A DNA stretch of 64,000 nucleotides from Octopus sinensis (lineage: Eukaryota): contig NC_043006.1 of NCBI RefSeq assembly GCF_006345805.1, positions 77,438,001 through 77,502,000 of the forward strand, in the 5' to 3' direction. The position numbers and the translations under genes are program-made. How positions within the stretch are numbered: the stretch's first letter is position 1; each line of letters begins with the position of its first letter. The notes beneath the pieces were generated by a model. The model was given only the letters and a program-made list of their open reading frames with translations, did no database searches and was not told where the DNA came from. Positions 40,191 to 54,334 of the stretch are shown piece after piece.

Positions 40191-40922
40191 TGTATGTATG
40201 TATGTATGTATGTATGTATGTATGTATGTATGTATGTGTGTGTGTGTGCGTGTGTGTGACTGGAAGGGCATATGCTGTTTGCAGTAAACTTAAACATTAC
40301 TGACCTTCTCAAGTCTATTCAGAAATATTCCTGTAGTATAACTGTGGAATTATCACTATTTAAATTCAACTGCTAAAGGGAAATCATAGAAACGGTGTGA
40401 AGCCCATAGACTGCAAAATCCGGGGACAAAATGCAGGTCTTTAGAGATATATTATGGCCTCAGATAAGGAAAAACATAGGAAATAAGTGGGAGAGAAAGT
40501 GCTACGACAATCTCTACATGTAGCACGAGGTCCAAAGTACTGAGAAACAAAGATCATTTAGTGGCTAAACATTCAAGAGCAAGACGAATCCCTTTCATTC
40601 TAGACACTACACGGTGTACGGGAATTCTACCACAAAGGAGATATGGAGTATGTCACACAGCTAGCAATAGACTAAAATTAATTTTTAAAATAGCACCATT
40701 CAGATGTATAAACATACCCGAAAATTGCACAAGCATTAAATGAAATACAGCAAATTCTCAAATAACTTCCCACAACCGCTCTCAACGTCAATAAATTTGA
40801 TAGTACGCCCACGAAAGTCATTGCATTCCAGCAACAGAATACTAATATCTTGGATACGAAGCACCGAATGCCTCCGAATATTGAGGTTTCATTGAAAAAT
40901 ACAAAACAGTATATACACACAC

Positions 40923-40970
<48 letters not shown>

Positions 40971-41069
40971 AGAGAGAGATAGATAGATACATAGATACAT
41001 AGATACATAGACGGACAGACAAAGAGGTAGATAGATAGATAGATACATACATACATACATACATACATA

Positions 41070-41255
41070 ACTTACTTTATTGGCCACACAGGGCTGAATA
41101 CAGAGGGGACAAATATAAATGTAGAGCTTTTCTGTTCGAAAATGGAAAAGAAAAAGGGAGAAAAAGGGAGCAAATGTAAAATTCCGATCAAACGGGATCG
41201 GAGAAAAAAGCGATCAAAAGGGATCGTGTATCACAGAAGAAAATTTTTAAAAAGT
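41070..41255 (-). mobile_element. Retroposon 3' end (AATAAA + tetranucleotide tail) embedded in (GATA)n/(CATA)n
   Basis: Homologous to 42413-42560 (ctttatt.gccaca.agggctg.a.acaga.gggacaaat). Confidence 0.6.
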
Positions 41256-41461
<206 letters not shown>

Positions 41462-42241
41462 CACAGACAGACAGGCAGATATAATGTGGTGGGTATACAG
41501 CTTCATTTATGATTGTACATGTACAAGCAGCTGCAAACACATATTTCACTCAAGCTCAAGTCAATGTGTACATGTATGTTTGTGGATTTAAATAGGCTGC
41601 AGTAGATCAGTGAGTGAATGGAATTCGTTCATATCAACACAGAGCAACAGTTGCCAAGTAAGTACAATCCGAAATCAAAACAACAACTTTATTAAAGCCA
41701 ACTATAAATTCATTGAATATATATTGAGAGAGATGAATTAGAAAACGTATACCTAAAATGAACAAATATATATTTGTTCTTCTTCCCAGAGTATCACAAA
41801 TACATAATTGTTCATTTTATTAATAACATATACCGTTTAACATTACGATCACTCCCCAAATATTTGTGGTGAAACGTTATGCAAATAAATTCGTTGTCTT
41901 AGAACAAGAAAACAATTATATATCTTTACTACGGTAACAACATGATTCGCTACGTTATGAATAGGTCTTCGCTCGCATTTGACTTACTAAACCGATTCCG
42001 CTATGTCTGAGTATCTGCTCCACTCCCGTGTCCCTACATCTTTCTCTCCCCGCTCTCTTTTTTTACACTTCTTTCGCGGTAAAGACATATATGATTTCTA
42101 GGTCTACAAATCTACACACACACATACAAGCACACATATAGACACACACACATAGACACACGCATGAACACACAGAGTTTTACTCTAGCCATTTCACTGC
42201 ATGTATGCATTGGCTAGCTAGCTAGATAGATATATTGATAA

Positions 42242-42700
<459 letters not shown>

Positions 42701-42739
42701 AGAGACGTTTTACCAAGCACTTTTATGTACAGGTAAACT

Positions 42740-43800
42740 TCGAATCAACCCTGTCTCATTTACAATCGTTCCCCTTGAACTCCACACACCGCCCAAGACG
42801 CTGCCCCCACTATTCACGATAGTGCTGGTTCTCAGAAACCAGACTGGACTCAAACTGGCCGCTTACAGCCTTTTTTTATGGTGTACAACGTGCCAAAATG
42901 AAGCTCTTTGAGGTGAACTCTCAATTCCGGTAATGGAAAGAAGCTACAAAGACTCAGATCAGGCGAATATGAGGGCTGAGGGACAACAGGGTTGTTTTTC
43001 CGAGCCAAAATGTCTATAATTGAAAGCGTCGTTGACAAAGCGCATTCATTGTCGCCGTACAGTAACAATGAACCTTTGATATTTGGTCTCACGCGAGCAA
43101 CACGTTTTCGCTGCCTTTCAAAAACGCAAATTAACTGTCTGTCGTTTAGACATGACTTTTTCTTATCGAAGGTCTTCATTGTTTTCGAAAACAAAATGCC
43201 CATGGTTTTTTATTTTCGATTTGCTCATTCTCACTTTTTTGACCACAGTGAGATTGAAGTATGCCATTCCTAACTTTGGTGTTTTGCTTCTGAATTGTAC
43301 TCAAAAATCCATAGATCACCACTCGTACTGATGCTCTGAGAAAAACAGGATCATTTTCAATCTGCTCCAGATCACACCACGCATCCTTTCTCTTATCTTT
43401 TTGCGCAGGAGTGAGATTTTGGTGATAAATTTGGTCGGAATTTTCTCATTTCGAATCTGTTGTTCAAGCATTGATGATCAGTCGCATGGTTCAAATTCAG
43501 ATTCTCCGCAATCAATCTAACCGTTAACGGACGGACAGATCGCACGAGGTCTCAGGATCGTTCCACATTTTTGTCTTTTCTCGAAGTTGATGGCCTTCGA
43601 GACCGAGGGTCATCTTCAACCTATTCTCGTTTTTTTTTTTTTAAAAAGGCTTTGAAAGCTTGAGCTCTTGCTAAATCATTCCCCACCATAAGCAAGTTTG
43701 ATTAACATGCATTGTTTCCAAGGTTGAAAAGGACCTGGGGAATGCAATGCGTTGCTTGTAAATCTGGTCACTCATTTTCAGGACGCACGAGAGAAATAAA
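42740..43800 (-). mobile_element. Heavily degraded mariner-type transposase
   Basis: Minus-strand fragments VEDDPRSRRPSTS and VVPQPSYSPDLSLCSFFPLPELRVHLK; TIRs not recognised. Confidence 0.75.
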
Positions 43801-43924
43801 ACGCATTTCGCAATACGATCACTCACAGTTCACTTGTTTATGCCAATCGTCGCTTCTTGATCTTAAGTTATAGGGGACGCTGATGTGGCAACACCGTGAA
43901 GAGTAACCACGCGGTGTTGCCAAA

Positions 43925-44240
43925 TCCATCACTATGTTACAAGTCTTATTACTCTATTTACATGTATTCTAGTGGTCATTTCTGCGGACAAAAATGTTAC
44001 AGGGACAAACATACTCTGATACCAATTGTCAAGTGGTGGTGGAACACAAGACCAACGCTGACACAGAGGGACAGACATGTATGCATGTATATATATATAT
44101 ATAAGTACACGACGAGCGTCTCGAAGTGCCCGTCTACCAAAATCCCTCATAAGAGTGTAGTCGGCCGGAGGCTATTTTATATGTGCCCGGAACCAAGTGG
44201 TTGCGAAGCAACCTTCTGACCACACAAGCAAGCCGGCGCT
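43925..44240 (-). mobile_element. SINE family A, diverged copy
   Basis: ccgtctaccaaa.tcc.tca.aag, cccggaacca.gtggttg motifs. Confidence 0.65.
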
Positions 44241-44284
44241 TTTATATACACTCACACACACATGCACACACATGCACACACACT

Positions 44285-44340
<56 letters not shown>

Positions 44341-44348
<8 letters not shown>

Positions 44349-44498
44349 TTAGAGACAAAACCACTATTTTGCAAAACAAACAAGGAAAGACTTAATCAAT
44401 ACATAAAATTTTAATAAAATTATATAATATTTTACTATAAAATTGGATTTAATCCTAAATCTGATTTTTTCCCTGTAAATTTGGATTTATTCCCTAAT

Positions 44499-44505
<7 letters not shown>
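44341..44505 (+). mobile_element. Internally deleted copy of the 4141-4565 palindromic PLE fragment
   Basis: 44341-44420 matches 4141-4220 and 44421-44505 matches about 4480-4565; the hairpin centre is absent. Confidence 0.8.
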
Positions 44506-44552
<47 letters not shown>

Positions 44553-45649
44553 ATATATATATACACCGTTTTTGTCAGCACCACTCGCGTCCAAGTTGGG
44601 TCATCTGGTACTTCCATGACGCTTAGACCTGAGATGGCTCATAAGGCCAGTTCGGGAATGACGTAGTATCGGGCAACTCAAAACGCGGAATATATTCTCA
44701 CATTTTCCCCACTCTGAGTAAAACTATGACGTGTTTTACATTTGCTTGTAATTTTTGTTACTTTCTTCGTTTGTTATACTTTCTTTGTTCGTTACTTTCT
44801 TCGTTCGTTCATCGGAATACGAAATGCAATGCAGCATCTAATGACATTTTGATTGTCAATGAGATTGTTTTATTTGCTTTCAGAAAATCATTGCGTTATA
44901 TGTTAATCTTGAAAAATTACAAATTTGTCATTTACATGACTTGTTTTCTTTATATACAAATATCGGAAATAGTAATGAATGAGAGAGCTTCTAAGCAGAC
45001 ACTGGCTGGAAATTACTGCCCACGTATTGCTAATCACATACCTCTGTCCCCGTTTATAAACAGAGACCACATACATGGTTTATAGGTCAGATCTATGGTT
45101 AAAGAACAACAATAGTTAGAAAATATTTCGCTATTTGGACGAGTCTATGTCGTTGCATTGAATGATGAATTCCTTGTCTTTATGAAACAGACATAGATTT
45201 ATGCTGCTTTCCCCAATTTACGACTTACTATAGCTAGTCCCTGTAGGCTACATACCTGTAATTCTAACAAAAACAGAGCTGTAATAGTTCTCTTATATTT
45301 TACCAATCTATTTTTAATAGCTGCTTCCTAACGTATAGCTTTTAGAGACAAACAACACTTCGGAAAACTTATTCTCAAATTAGAGCATATATCTTTGATT
45401 ATTTCAAAGATAATTGAATATGTCGTTCATTCCGTGATGTGTACTTTCCTTACCATCTGGGACATTATCAGTTAAGTTGAGAGTAAAAGTGGAATTGGAA
45501 TTTCTAATTAAAATCCAATACGAAATGTCATGACACAGGTTGTATGATTATATAAATTAATGACGTCATGCACGCACGTTATTGTTTTTGTGTCGAAATA
45601 TCTCTCATTCAATTTCCTTCAGTCTACCCTTGTTCCTGCATTATAAGTG

Positions 45650-45839
45650 TGCATATATGATAGATCGTTAGCCACTACACACATTTTTTCTATCCTTGTT
45701 TTTTTCTGTGTCCCTTTCTGTAGAAGAGCGTAGGCTCGAAACGTAAAAGACTTTTTCTATTCCTGAGCGTTATACTAATACATCTGTTTGTTTTGTACAC
45801 CACCTGACTTCGACTTTTGTTTTTTTCCTAAACTCTCCC

Positions 45840-45840
<1 letters not shown>
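45650..45840 (+). mobile_element. PLE pLTR fragment (family P2), HHR variant at 45714-45749
   Basis: CTTT-CTGTAGA-A-GAGC(gtag)GCTC-GAAA-CGTA-AAAG; ends in (TA)n. Confidence 0.8.
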
Positions 45841-45908
<68 letters not shown>

Positions 45909-46681
45909 CTGTGAGTATATATGTGTGTGGTTAATGATATTATGCTAGAGCTGTTGTTATTTCACATTTAAATTTATTCTGAGGTATGCATATGCCGAGC
46001 ATACGAATACATGGTTTTCTATACGCTGAGCATATAAGTCACGAACAGCTGAGATTATTCTCCTAGGTACGTAATGTTGACATGCCACAAAAATGTTGAA
46101 AAGTCGGTATCCATCACTCCTAGATGGGACTGAGGATGAGTACACTCGCCTGTCCATGACTGAGTGTTTTTACACCCAGCGCTTTGGGAGAGTATATACT
46201 TCAACATGCTAACAGCAGCCTACCGAAGCATATACGTTAAGTATATGTGGTTAATGAGATGTGTGTGGGGAGGAATCTTCGCTTAGGTATTGCAATAATA
46301 ATAAACTGGTGTAGAACATTATATACGTAAATGTTGTGGAATGATTCCAACCACTCCTCTGTGACTGAAAGTGGACTGAGACATTTCTATTAAATAGACA
46401 ACTGTCGAATCGTCGGCAGTTCGTGTTAATAAGCAGTTCACTGTGAACCTTTGATATAGAGCGCTAAGACTCATGTAATAGCAATAGCAATGTATTGTGT
46501 ATATACTTCCTTCCCTCACGCTGCTCTCTTATATAACTAATTCAAGGAGATATATATAAGGTAGTGACGCCGTTTAATTTTCTTTTTCTTTTTGGTGCGA
46601 AACCAAAAAAAAAATTCGTTAACACGGAGAGCTTATTGGCCTCCGTGGTGCAATTGCAACAGCAACTACAGCAACAGCAAA

Positions 46682-47040
46682 GGAGGCACATTGGCCCAGT
46701 GGTTAGGGCAGCGAACTCGCGGTCGGAGGACCTCGGTTTCGATTCCCAGACCAAGTGTTGCGTGTGTTTATTGAGCGAAAACACCTAAAGTTCCACGAGG
46801 CTCCGGTAGGGGGTGGTGTTGACCTATGTTGTACTCTTTCGCCCAACTTCCTTTCACTCTTTCTTCCTGTTTCTTGTCCCCGACTTCCTACGCGACCGCT
46901 GAGTCTGGATGCACATTCATCCATTCGTCGATGCTCTCGGTGTCGGGGGTTGACCTGCTTTCTCTTCTGCGGGTCTTACGAATAGCAAAGGACCACGTTT
47001 CGGACTTCTACTCTGGGGCGAAGACCGCTTCGCTCAACAC
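46682..47040 (+). mobile_element. SINE family B, tail type 3, in a (CAA/CAG)n tract
   Basis: Same head and core as 6014 and 16250; unrelated 3' portion. Confidence 0.85.
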
Positions 47041-47149
47041 CAATAGCAACAGTACCAGCAGCAGTTGCAGCCGCAGCAACAACTACAGTAGCAACAACAA
47101 AATTAATGTTGAAGAAGTCTGAAAATATTCCAGGTTTGTAATCGCTAGA

Positions 47150-48260
47150 CGGCGTAGCAAACTCAATTGAAGAAACCAACTATAAACCAAAAGAAGGCAT
47201 TACCTTCTCTGAATATTTTCCTAGACACGAAGAAATATTCAAAGAAGAATGTCAAAGTTGTTCCAACGAGAAAAAGTACAACTACTTTTAAGAAAGTTAT
47301 CCCCCCGCCGAACATAAAATATATAGTAAGTATATTCTGCTGAAGAAGCCAAGTGAGATTTGTTTCGATGCAACAATTAATATTTTATCGAACATTTTCA
47401 GTGGACGGAAATCCCTGTTCAGTCCTCGCAGGCAATGTTTCAATTGGTCAAAAAAGATAATGTCGTCACCAATGCCGGTGTGGTTAACAGAGAGTGTAAG
47501 AATTTCAGATTGAATGAGTTGACCCCGGACATGTTCGTCTCTAATTTTTGTTCAAGGTCTTACTGGCAACAAAGATGCAGATATACGCTTCCGGATATTA
47601 ACACAATTGGAACAGGACAAAAATTTTAATCTGCAGGCAGTAGTAGAAGCATGTCACAAGATTATTAATCTATGATGGGACGCAAATAAAATTAAAGAGA
47701 AAGATGGCTCACAGTTAAAGGCATGTCGACCGGTAACAAATAAGGAAGAAGAGAAAAAATATCAAGACAGAATCCATGTTATGGGTGTGGTGGTCTACAT
47801 TTTAAAATTAACTGTCCGTTTAAAATGGGAAAGGTTCCAAGTGTAGGAAAATAGGTAATAAAATATCACACAGTAGAACATAACCTAGAAAGCGGTTCAA
47901 CAGAAACAAAATCGCGTAAACGGATTATCGGTGACAAAATATACGAAGGCACCTAAAAGAAAATTTGTGTATGTAAAAATTAAAAACACAAACATAAAAC
48001 TACAGTTGGATACATGCAGCGAGATCTCAATAATTAATATTGGTACATGGAAATAGATCAAGAGAATTAAATTTAATGAAACCTGGAAAATTGCCCGTGG
48101 TGTTTCAGGAAAAGTATGAATTATGGGCGAACTGGTAAGTAAAATTATATTTCATGACAAAACATAAAAATCTCAAGCTTTTCTGTTAATAATGCAAAAA
48201 ATTTGTTCGGTACTGACTGGATGGAAATGTTTAATTTATAGACCTCCCCAGCAATCATTT
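47150..48260 (+). mobile_element. Ty3/gypsy-like LTR retrotransposon gag-protease relic
   Basis: Fragments EGITFSEYFPRHEEIFKEEC...KVQLLLRKL, zinc knuckle PCYGCGGLHFKINCP and protease-like IKLQLDTCSEISIIN; many frameshifts. Confidence 0.7.
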
Positions 48261-50595
48261 CTATAAAACGTAGATGATTTTTTCCTCCAGACGAATTTTT
48301 ATGAAAACTTAAATGTTTTTTTCCTGAAGTTCAGTCTGATAAATCAGAAATTACTTCATTCACTAAAGATAATTCAACTGAGGGTTTTATTTTTCATTGA
48401 CGAAGCGAGTTATTACATCAAACGATAAACATACCGTTTTCTTCAGGTGAATATACATGAAATAAACACCTTGATAATTCATTGCAAGTATCAACATGAT
48501 GTGCCATTTCTTGATTCCCGGTTAGCTTCAGCCACAGAGGGATTCGATTACCCGAGTTAGTAGTTTAAACAGGAAAAAACATTAGAGTGACAGGAACGGT
48601 GTGATTGTAAGGAGGAAGTTTTAGTGGGAGTAAGAAAATAGAATAGGGGATAAGTATCAGGCATTCTGCTCTAATTTCAAAAGATAAGATTCTTATACTA
48701 CATTTCTAATCTTTACATCATCGGACGTGAAACTTCAAGTCAAACATTTGGAAGATAACGAGGGAAGATGGGAAGATGGATGGAGGATAGATGAGAATTT
48801 GATATTTACTCCAGCTTCTAAGATAAAGTTAATTTATTTGATTTTTATTCATTATAATTATCCAATCATGGATAACAGCGTTCTAGCCATAAAAAAAAAA
48901 AACATTAGGACATAATGCGGGAAGTTGAAAGGAGTTTTTCATATATATTGGGAGGAAAAATACATATTAGGGGATGGCAATTTGACATCTTGTTCCAGCT
49001 CCTAGAAGTCAATGCTATTTTGTTTTACTTTCAATCCTTAAAAAGCTAGAGTACAGAGCACCGACAAGAGAGAAAAAAACAACTTAATGGTTAATATAAA
49101 CAAAACAAGAGAGAGAATTCATAAATAAAACATTCAAACCTACGTATGGGTACAAAGTTACGGTAACATCTAGTACTAAAATGTCGTGACTGATCATGCC
49201 TTTCTTTTGCTGCGTTCAAATCTCATTTGCGAACCTATGGGAAACGAACCTCCACAAACTACTCTGCCTATATGTATGTGCACACATTTATATACTTATG
49301 ACGAATTAAAAGGGTGGTTTATTAACAATTAGAAACTAAAGGCAAAATTACTAGCAATCACAAAAGTGATGATTGGGTGCTGACTTGCATTGCATGTGCT
49401 AAAATAAGAATTAAATTAACTCGAAACCTATTAAGTAGCATACCTAATGACAAACAAACCGAAGTCATGCTAGAGTGTATATAGCCGAATCGCGATTTCG
49501 AATTTTGGTGTAGAACACCTTATGTATAATGATTTAGTGGCTTGGAAGTTAATTTAACACTTATTTTAACATAAGTGCTGCTAGACCGCACCTTCCCTCA
49601 CTTTTGTGAGGTCTGTAAACTCATACATACACTCACACATACGGGCGCAGACACACACGCATATATACATGAGTGTATATTTAAGTATATAAATGAGTAC
49701 ATGTGTGTGAGTGTGTGTGTGTATTTATTCGTATTGTATAAGAAGCGATACAAATACTAAACGTCAATTACACACAAGCGTTACGATTTTATTGCACGTA
49801 GTTTAACGTATTATAATGCAATATGTATTTTAAAGACAAAATGTTAATTAAAATTCATAAACATAATCCATAAGCACTTGCTCTTTGTGTATCTTTATTC
49901 AGAGTAACATTAATGATGACTGTGTTATTAATGTGAACAACATTATCTGAATGTTGTTTTATAAACATGAATCTATATTATGCAATGAAATTGAACGCGT
50001 GCATGATTTATACTTATAAAACTGCGTGAAACAGTTAAAGATAAGACGCCATTCTTATCAACACAAGTTAAATAACCTGAATTTTATTCTGTTTTACATT
50101 TTATTCTGTTGTATTTTTACGAGGTCATTGATTGTAAGAATAATAGATACTCAGGCCATCGAAATGAAATAAGAAAAAAATTGTATAACATATTCACAAA
50201 TTTATGAAATCCTTCAAGCAAATGGAAAACTCATAATCAGCAACGTTGAGCGATATATGCTAATTTATTTGTACTTACTACATTTTACGCCACAATAACG
50301 GTGTCACTGAAATGTAGCGTAATACATAAATATATACATGCATACAGTTATATATATATATAATATGTATATATATATATATTATATATATATATATACA
50401 CATATATATATATACATATATATGTATATATATATGTATGTATGTATATATATAATATATATATATGTATGTATATATATACATATATATATATATACAT
50501 ATATATATGTATATATATGTATATGTATATATGTATATATTATATATTTATATATATATACATCCATGCTTGCATATATGACTGTATGTATGTAC

Positions 50596-50648
<53 letters not shown>

Positions 50649-51217
50649 TACATACATGTATATGTGTGTATATATGTATGTGCGTGTGTGTATGTGCGTG
50701 CATGTGTGTGTGTGTGTGTTATCATTTATCTTGATCCACGGAGGCATTGTATGTATAATTTATCGCTTAAAATTACATTCTGTTGAACATATTTTAAATA
50801 TGCTGAAATGAGATAGAAATAAAATGAAACTCCCTGAAAATGCAACAACACCGAAAATAACATGAATTGTAATCCATAAATACACGTAACTTCACACAAA
50901 ACATTTTTCTGCATATTTATTAATGGATGAAGAGAATACAGTTAAAATTTTGCAAAGATATTTAGTCATGTTTAAAGTATTTACACTCAACGTTAATGTT
51001 TCTTTTGTTTTGTCGTTTGCTTATTTGCTTGAAAGTGCAGTTGTAAATGAATTTAATTTCATGTGATCCAATAATTGCCGATTTAAAAAAAAAAAGTTGC
51101 AGAGATATGCAATAATCTCAGACGATACAATTTAATGGGTGTAGACCGCGTTCAGAAGTCATTTTCATTTTGCTTGTTTAATGATAGAAATGAAGTAAGA
51201 GCGGAACAGAATGTTAT

Positions 51218-51625
51218 TACTCTTTTACTCTTGTTTCCGTCATTTGACTGTGGCCATGCTGGAGCACCGACTTTAGTCGAGAAAATCGACCCCAGGACTT
51301 ATTCTTTGTAAGCCTAGTACTTATTCTATCGGTGTATTTTGCTGAACCACTAAGTTACGGGGAGGTAAACACACCAGCATTATCAAGCAATGTTCAGGGG
51401 GGGGGGGTCACAGAGACACAAACATATACACACACATACTCATATATGTACACATATATACGACGGGCTTCTTTCAGTTTCCGTCTACCAAATCCACTCA
51501 CAAGGCTTTGGTCGGTGCGAGGATATAGCAGAAGACACTTGTCCAAGGTGCCACGCAGTGTGATTGAACCCGGAACCATGTGGTTGGTAAACAAGCTACT
51601 TACCCCACAGCTACTACTACGCCTA
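51218..51625 (-). mobile_element. SINE family A, full-length
   Basis: Reverse complement homologous along the whole length to 11148-11550. Confidence 0.92.
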
Positions 51626-51776
51626 TTATTGATTGATTTTTTTATTATGAAATATTTTATGAAATATGAAATTTATTTATTTATTTATTATAAAATATGC
51701 TTTGTTAGATGCTGGAACTTTGATGAGAGGAATATAGAGGAAGAGAATAAGAAAATTATGCGATGTTTGAAAAGTC

Positions 51777-51908
<132 letters not shown>

Positions 51909-52562
51909 AGGGGATGCGAACGGGGCTGGAAGATAGATGGTGGAAGAGAAGAAGAGAACTAAAAGCGGAGGAAGCGATATGAAAAAGGTCGAGTGCGAAT
52001 CTGGAGAGAACGATGTAGATGGGCGAGTGAAAGGGGTAAGAGAAAAGAGGAAAAGGAATAATAATAATGATCTTTCGTAGTTAGGGTACAAGGGATGAAA
52101 TTATGAGGATAGGCTCTAGTCGATTACATCGACCCCAATGTTTCACTGGTAGTTAATTTATCGACTCGGAATGAATTAAAGGTAAAACTAGGAACCAGAT
52201 TAGGGAACTAGTTAAGTGGCAGTTGATGGTGGCTCTAGTTTGCGCTGAAGAAAATAGAATCAGTAGCATTCAGTGAAGATTTATAAATAGAAAGAAATAG
52301 ATTGGAGGGAGAAGTGGTTAGCAAAGAAGAAGTGGCAGTCAGTAAAGGTATCACAACAGAAATGTTACCAGCAGGAATGGCACTTGACCATTTCTTCAAG
52401 GTTTTGTTGTGAGAGCTAAGGCCTGTGCACCCAAACACGAAAGAACTAAAACCATCCGATGGGCCTGGAGAGTGGAGACATGACATGACAACGAAACCAC
52501 AATCAGTCTACGATGCACCAGGATGGGCACATGCTACTCAGTTCTGAGATATATATATAATA

Positions 52563-53827
52563 CTAGTATTTAAGCCCGGTTTCTCAACCTTATCATTTCG
52601 GGTCCCCTGTTTCGATTTGGGCGTCCCGCTGTATGAAAATTTCTTCCCCACTGTCAGAAAACTGCATCAGGAGTTGTGAAGAAAGAATATGTACGTAGTC
52701 TGTTTCTGAGAGCTATTGTATTGGACCTCTGTCTAATCATTAAAGCATTTATTTATGAACATATAAAGAAATTATACATTAATCCCTATTTTTGTAAGCA
52801 GTTGTATCCGGAAAAATTTTATTTGCAGGGAGCAGAAATTGAAATGGACGTGTGTGTGTGTGTGTGCATCTGTCTGTCTGTCTGTATGTGTGTGTGTGTG
52901 TGTGCGTGCGTGTGTGTGTGTGTGTGTGTGTGCATGCTTGCTTGCGCGTGTGTATGTGAGAAAGAAAGAGAGAGTGAGTGAAGGTGTGTGTCATTCAGTT
53001 ACGTTGGCTGGCACGGCGACTACGAAGCTTTTGAGGCGGCAGATGACTGGGGTGATTTGAAAGATGTGAAGAAATGCCGGCTTTTCAGTGGAGCAGTTCT
53101 TTGTAGGAAACGTTTCTCGTTTCCCTTCTGATGCACAAATATATAGACTTTTTGGCCTGCCAAAATGGGAGCACCCAGCGTAAATTTGACCGTGGAAGAA
53201 CACTTGTTCTGTGAGATTTAAACCAACCATTTGCAATGATTGACCCTGTGCCTTATTTATTGTCATTTCAAAGGAAATTGATAGGAAATTGAAGCCGCTT
53301 AAACATGTAGATCGTATCGGAGGGAGTGAGGGATATTTAAGTTATAAGAACATCTTGACCAGCGGCCGCTACATTCAATTCTTGTGGACCTCTGTCGAAT
53401 CACGTCTTGTAAGGTACACACAAATACATAGAAAATGTGAGGTCAAGGGTAGAAATGTTTTACGATAGTTGATTTATGGAAAAGATTAAAAAGAAAATGA
53501 GGGCAAAAAGCACTCGTTTTTTCACAATGAAAAATCGTTTCTCAGCAGCCGGAATTTCGCGACAAAATGTATGTTTATTAAGCACAACAGCCAATCGCAC
53601 AAACTTAGAGGGGCTCTGGGCCCCCTTGAATCGATAAAAAAATCACTCTTTTTGCCATAGCAGTCAAATCTTTATAGCTTGCAAATTTTAACCAGGTCTC
53701 ATCCTCACCACGCATTTAGTATCCCTGCCAATTTTCAGCTCGATCCTAGCCTTGGTTTGGCCGCCATTAACCGTCAAAGCAAAACGTGTATACAATTTTC
53801 GTCCAAGGACTGTTTTATGGATATAGA
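52563..53827 (-). mobile_element. Non-autonomous Helitron with a PIF1-like helicase C-terminal remnant
   Basis: Minus strand begins A|TCTATATCC and ends CTAG|T; same-strand peptide MTINKAQGQSLQMVGLNLTEQVFFHGQIYAGCS (53266-53160) matches the Helitron helicase motif. Confidence 0.85.
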
Positions 53828-54334
53828 TAATATATAGAAGAGAATATTATTGGTCTTAGTTGCTAACAGTTATCCCCCTTTAATACCCGGTGTCCTTTAC
53901 TGATTAATGTTCGGCATGGGAAGTTAAAACGGTAACATCGTATTTTAGTTTTTTTTTTATTATGACTGTTTGATATTACTACTTCTTAGTATTGGTATTA
54001 AGCCAATCACACAAACCTAGAGGGGCACTGGGTTCTCTTGAATCGATAAAAGAGTGCATAAAATTTTCGTCCAAGAACTGTTTTATAGATATAGATTGAT
54101 CTCAGCAAAATTTGAACTCAGAACTTAGCGATGGGTGAACTATCGCTAAGGATTTTGATCGATTCTGCCAGCTTCCAGTAATAGTAGTAGTAGTAGTGGT
54201 GGTGGTGGTGGTGGTAGTAGTAGTAGTAGCAGTAGTAGTAGTAGTAGTAGAGAAGAAGAAGATATAGAAGAGTAATACGAAATTTATAGGCAACCTTATA
54301 TGATGATATTATTATTATTATTATTATTATTATT

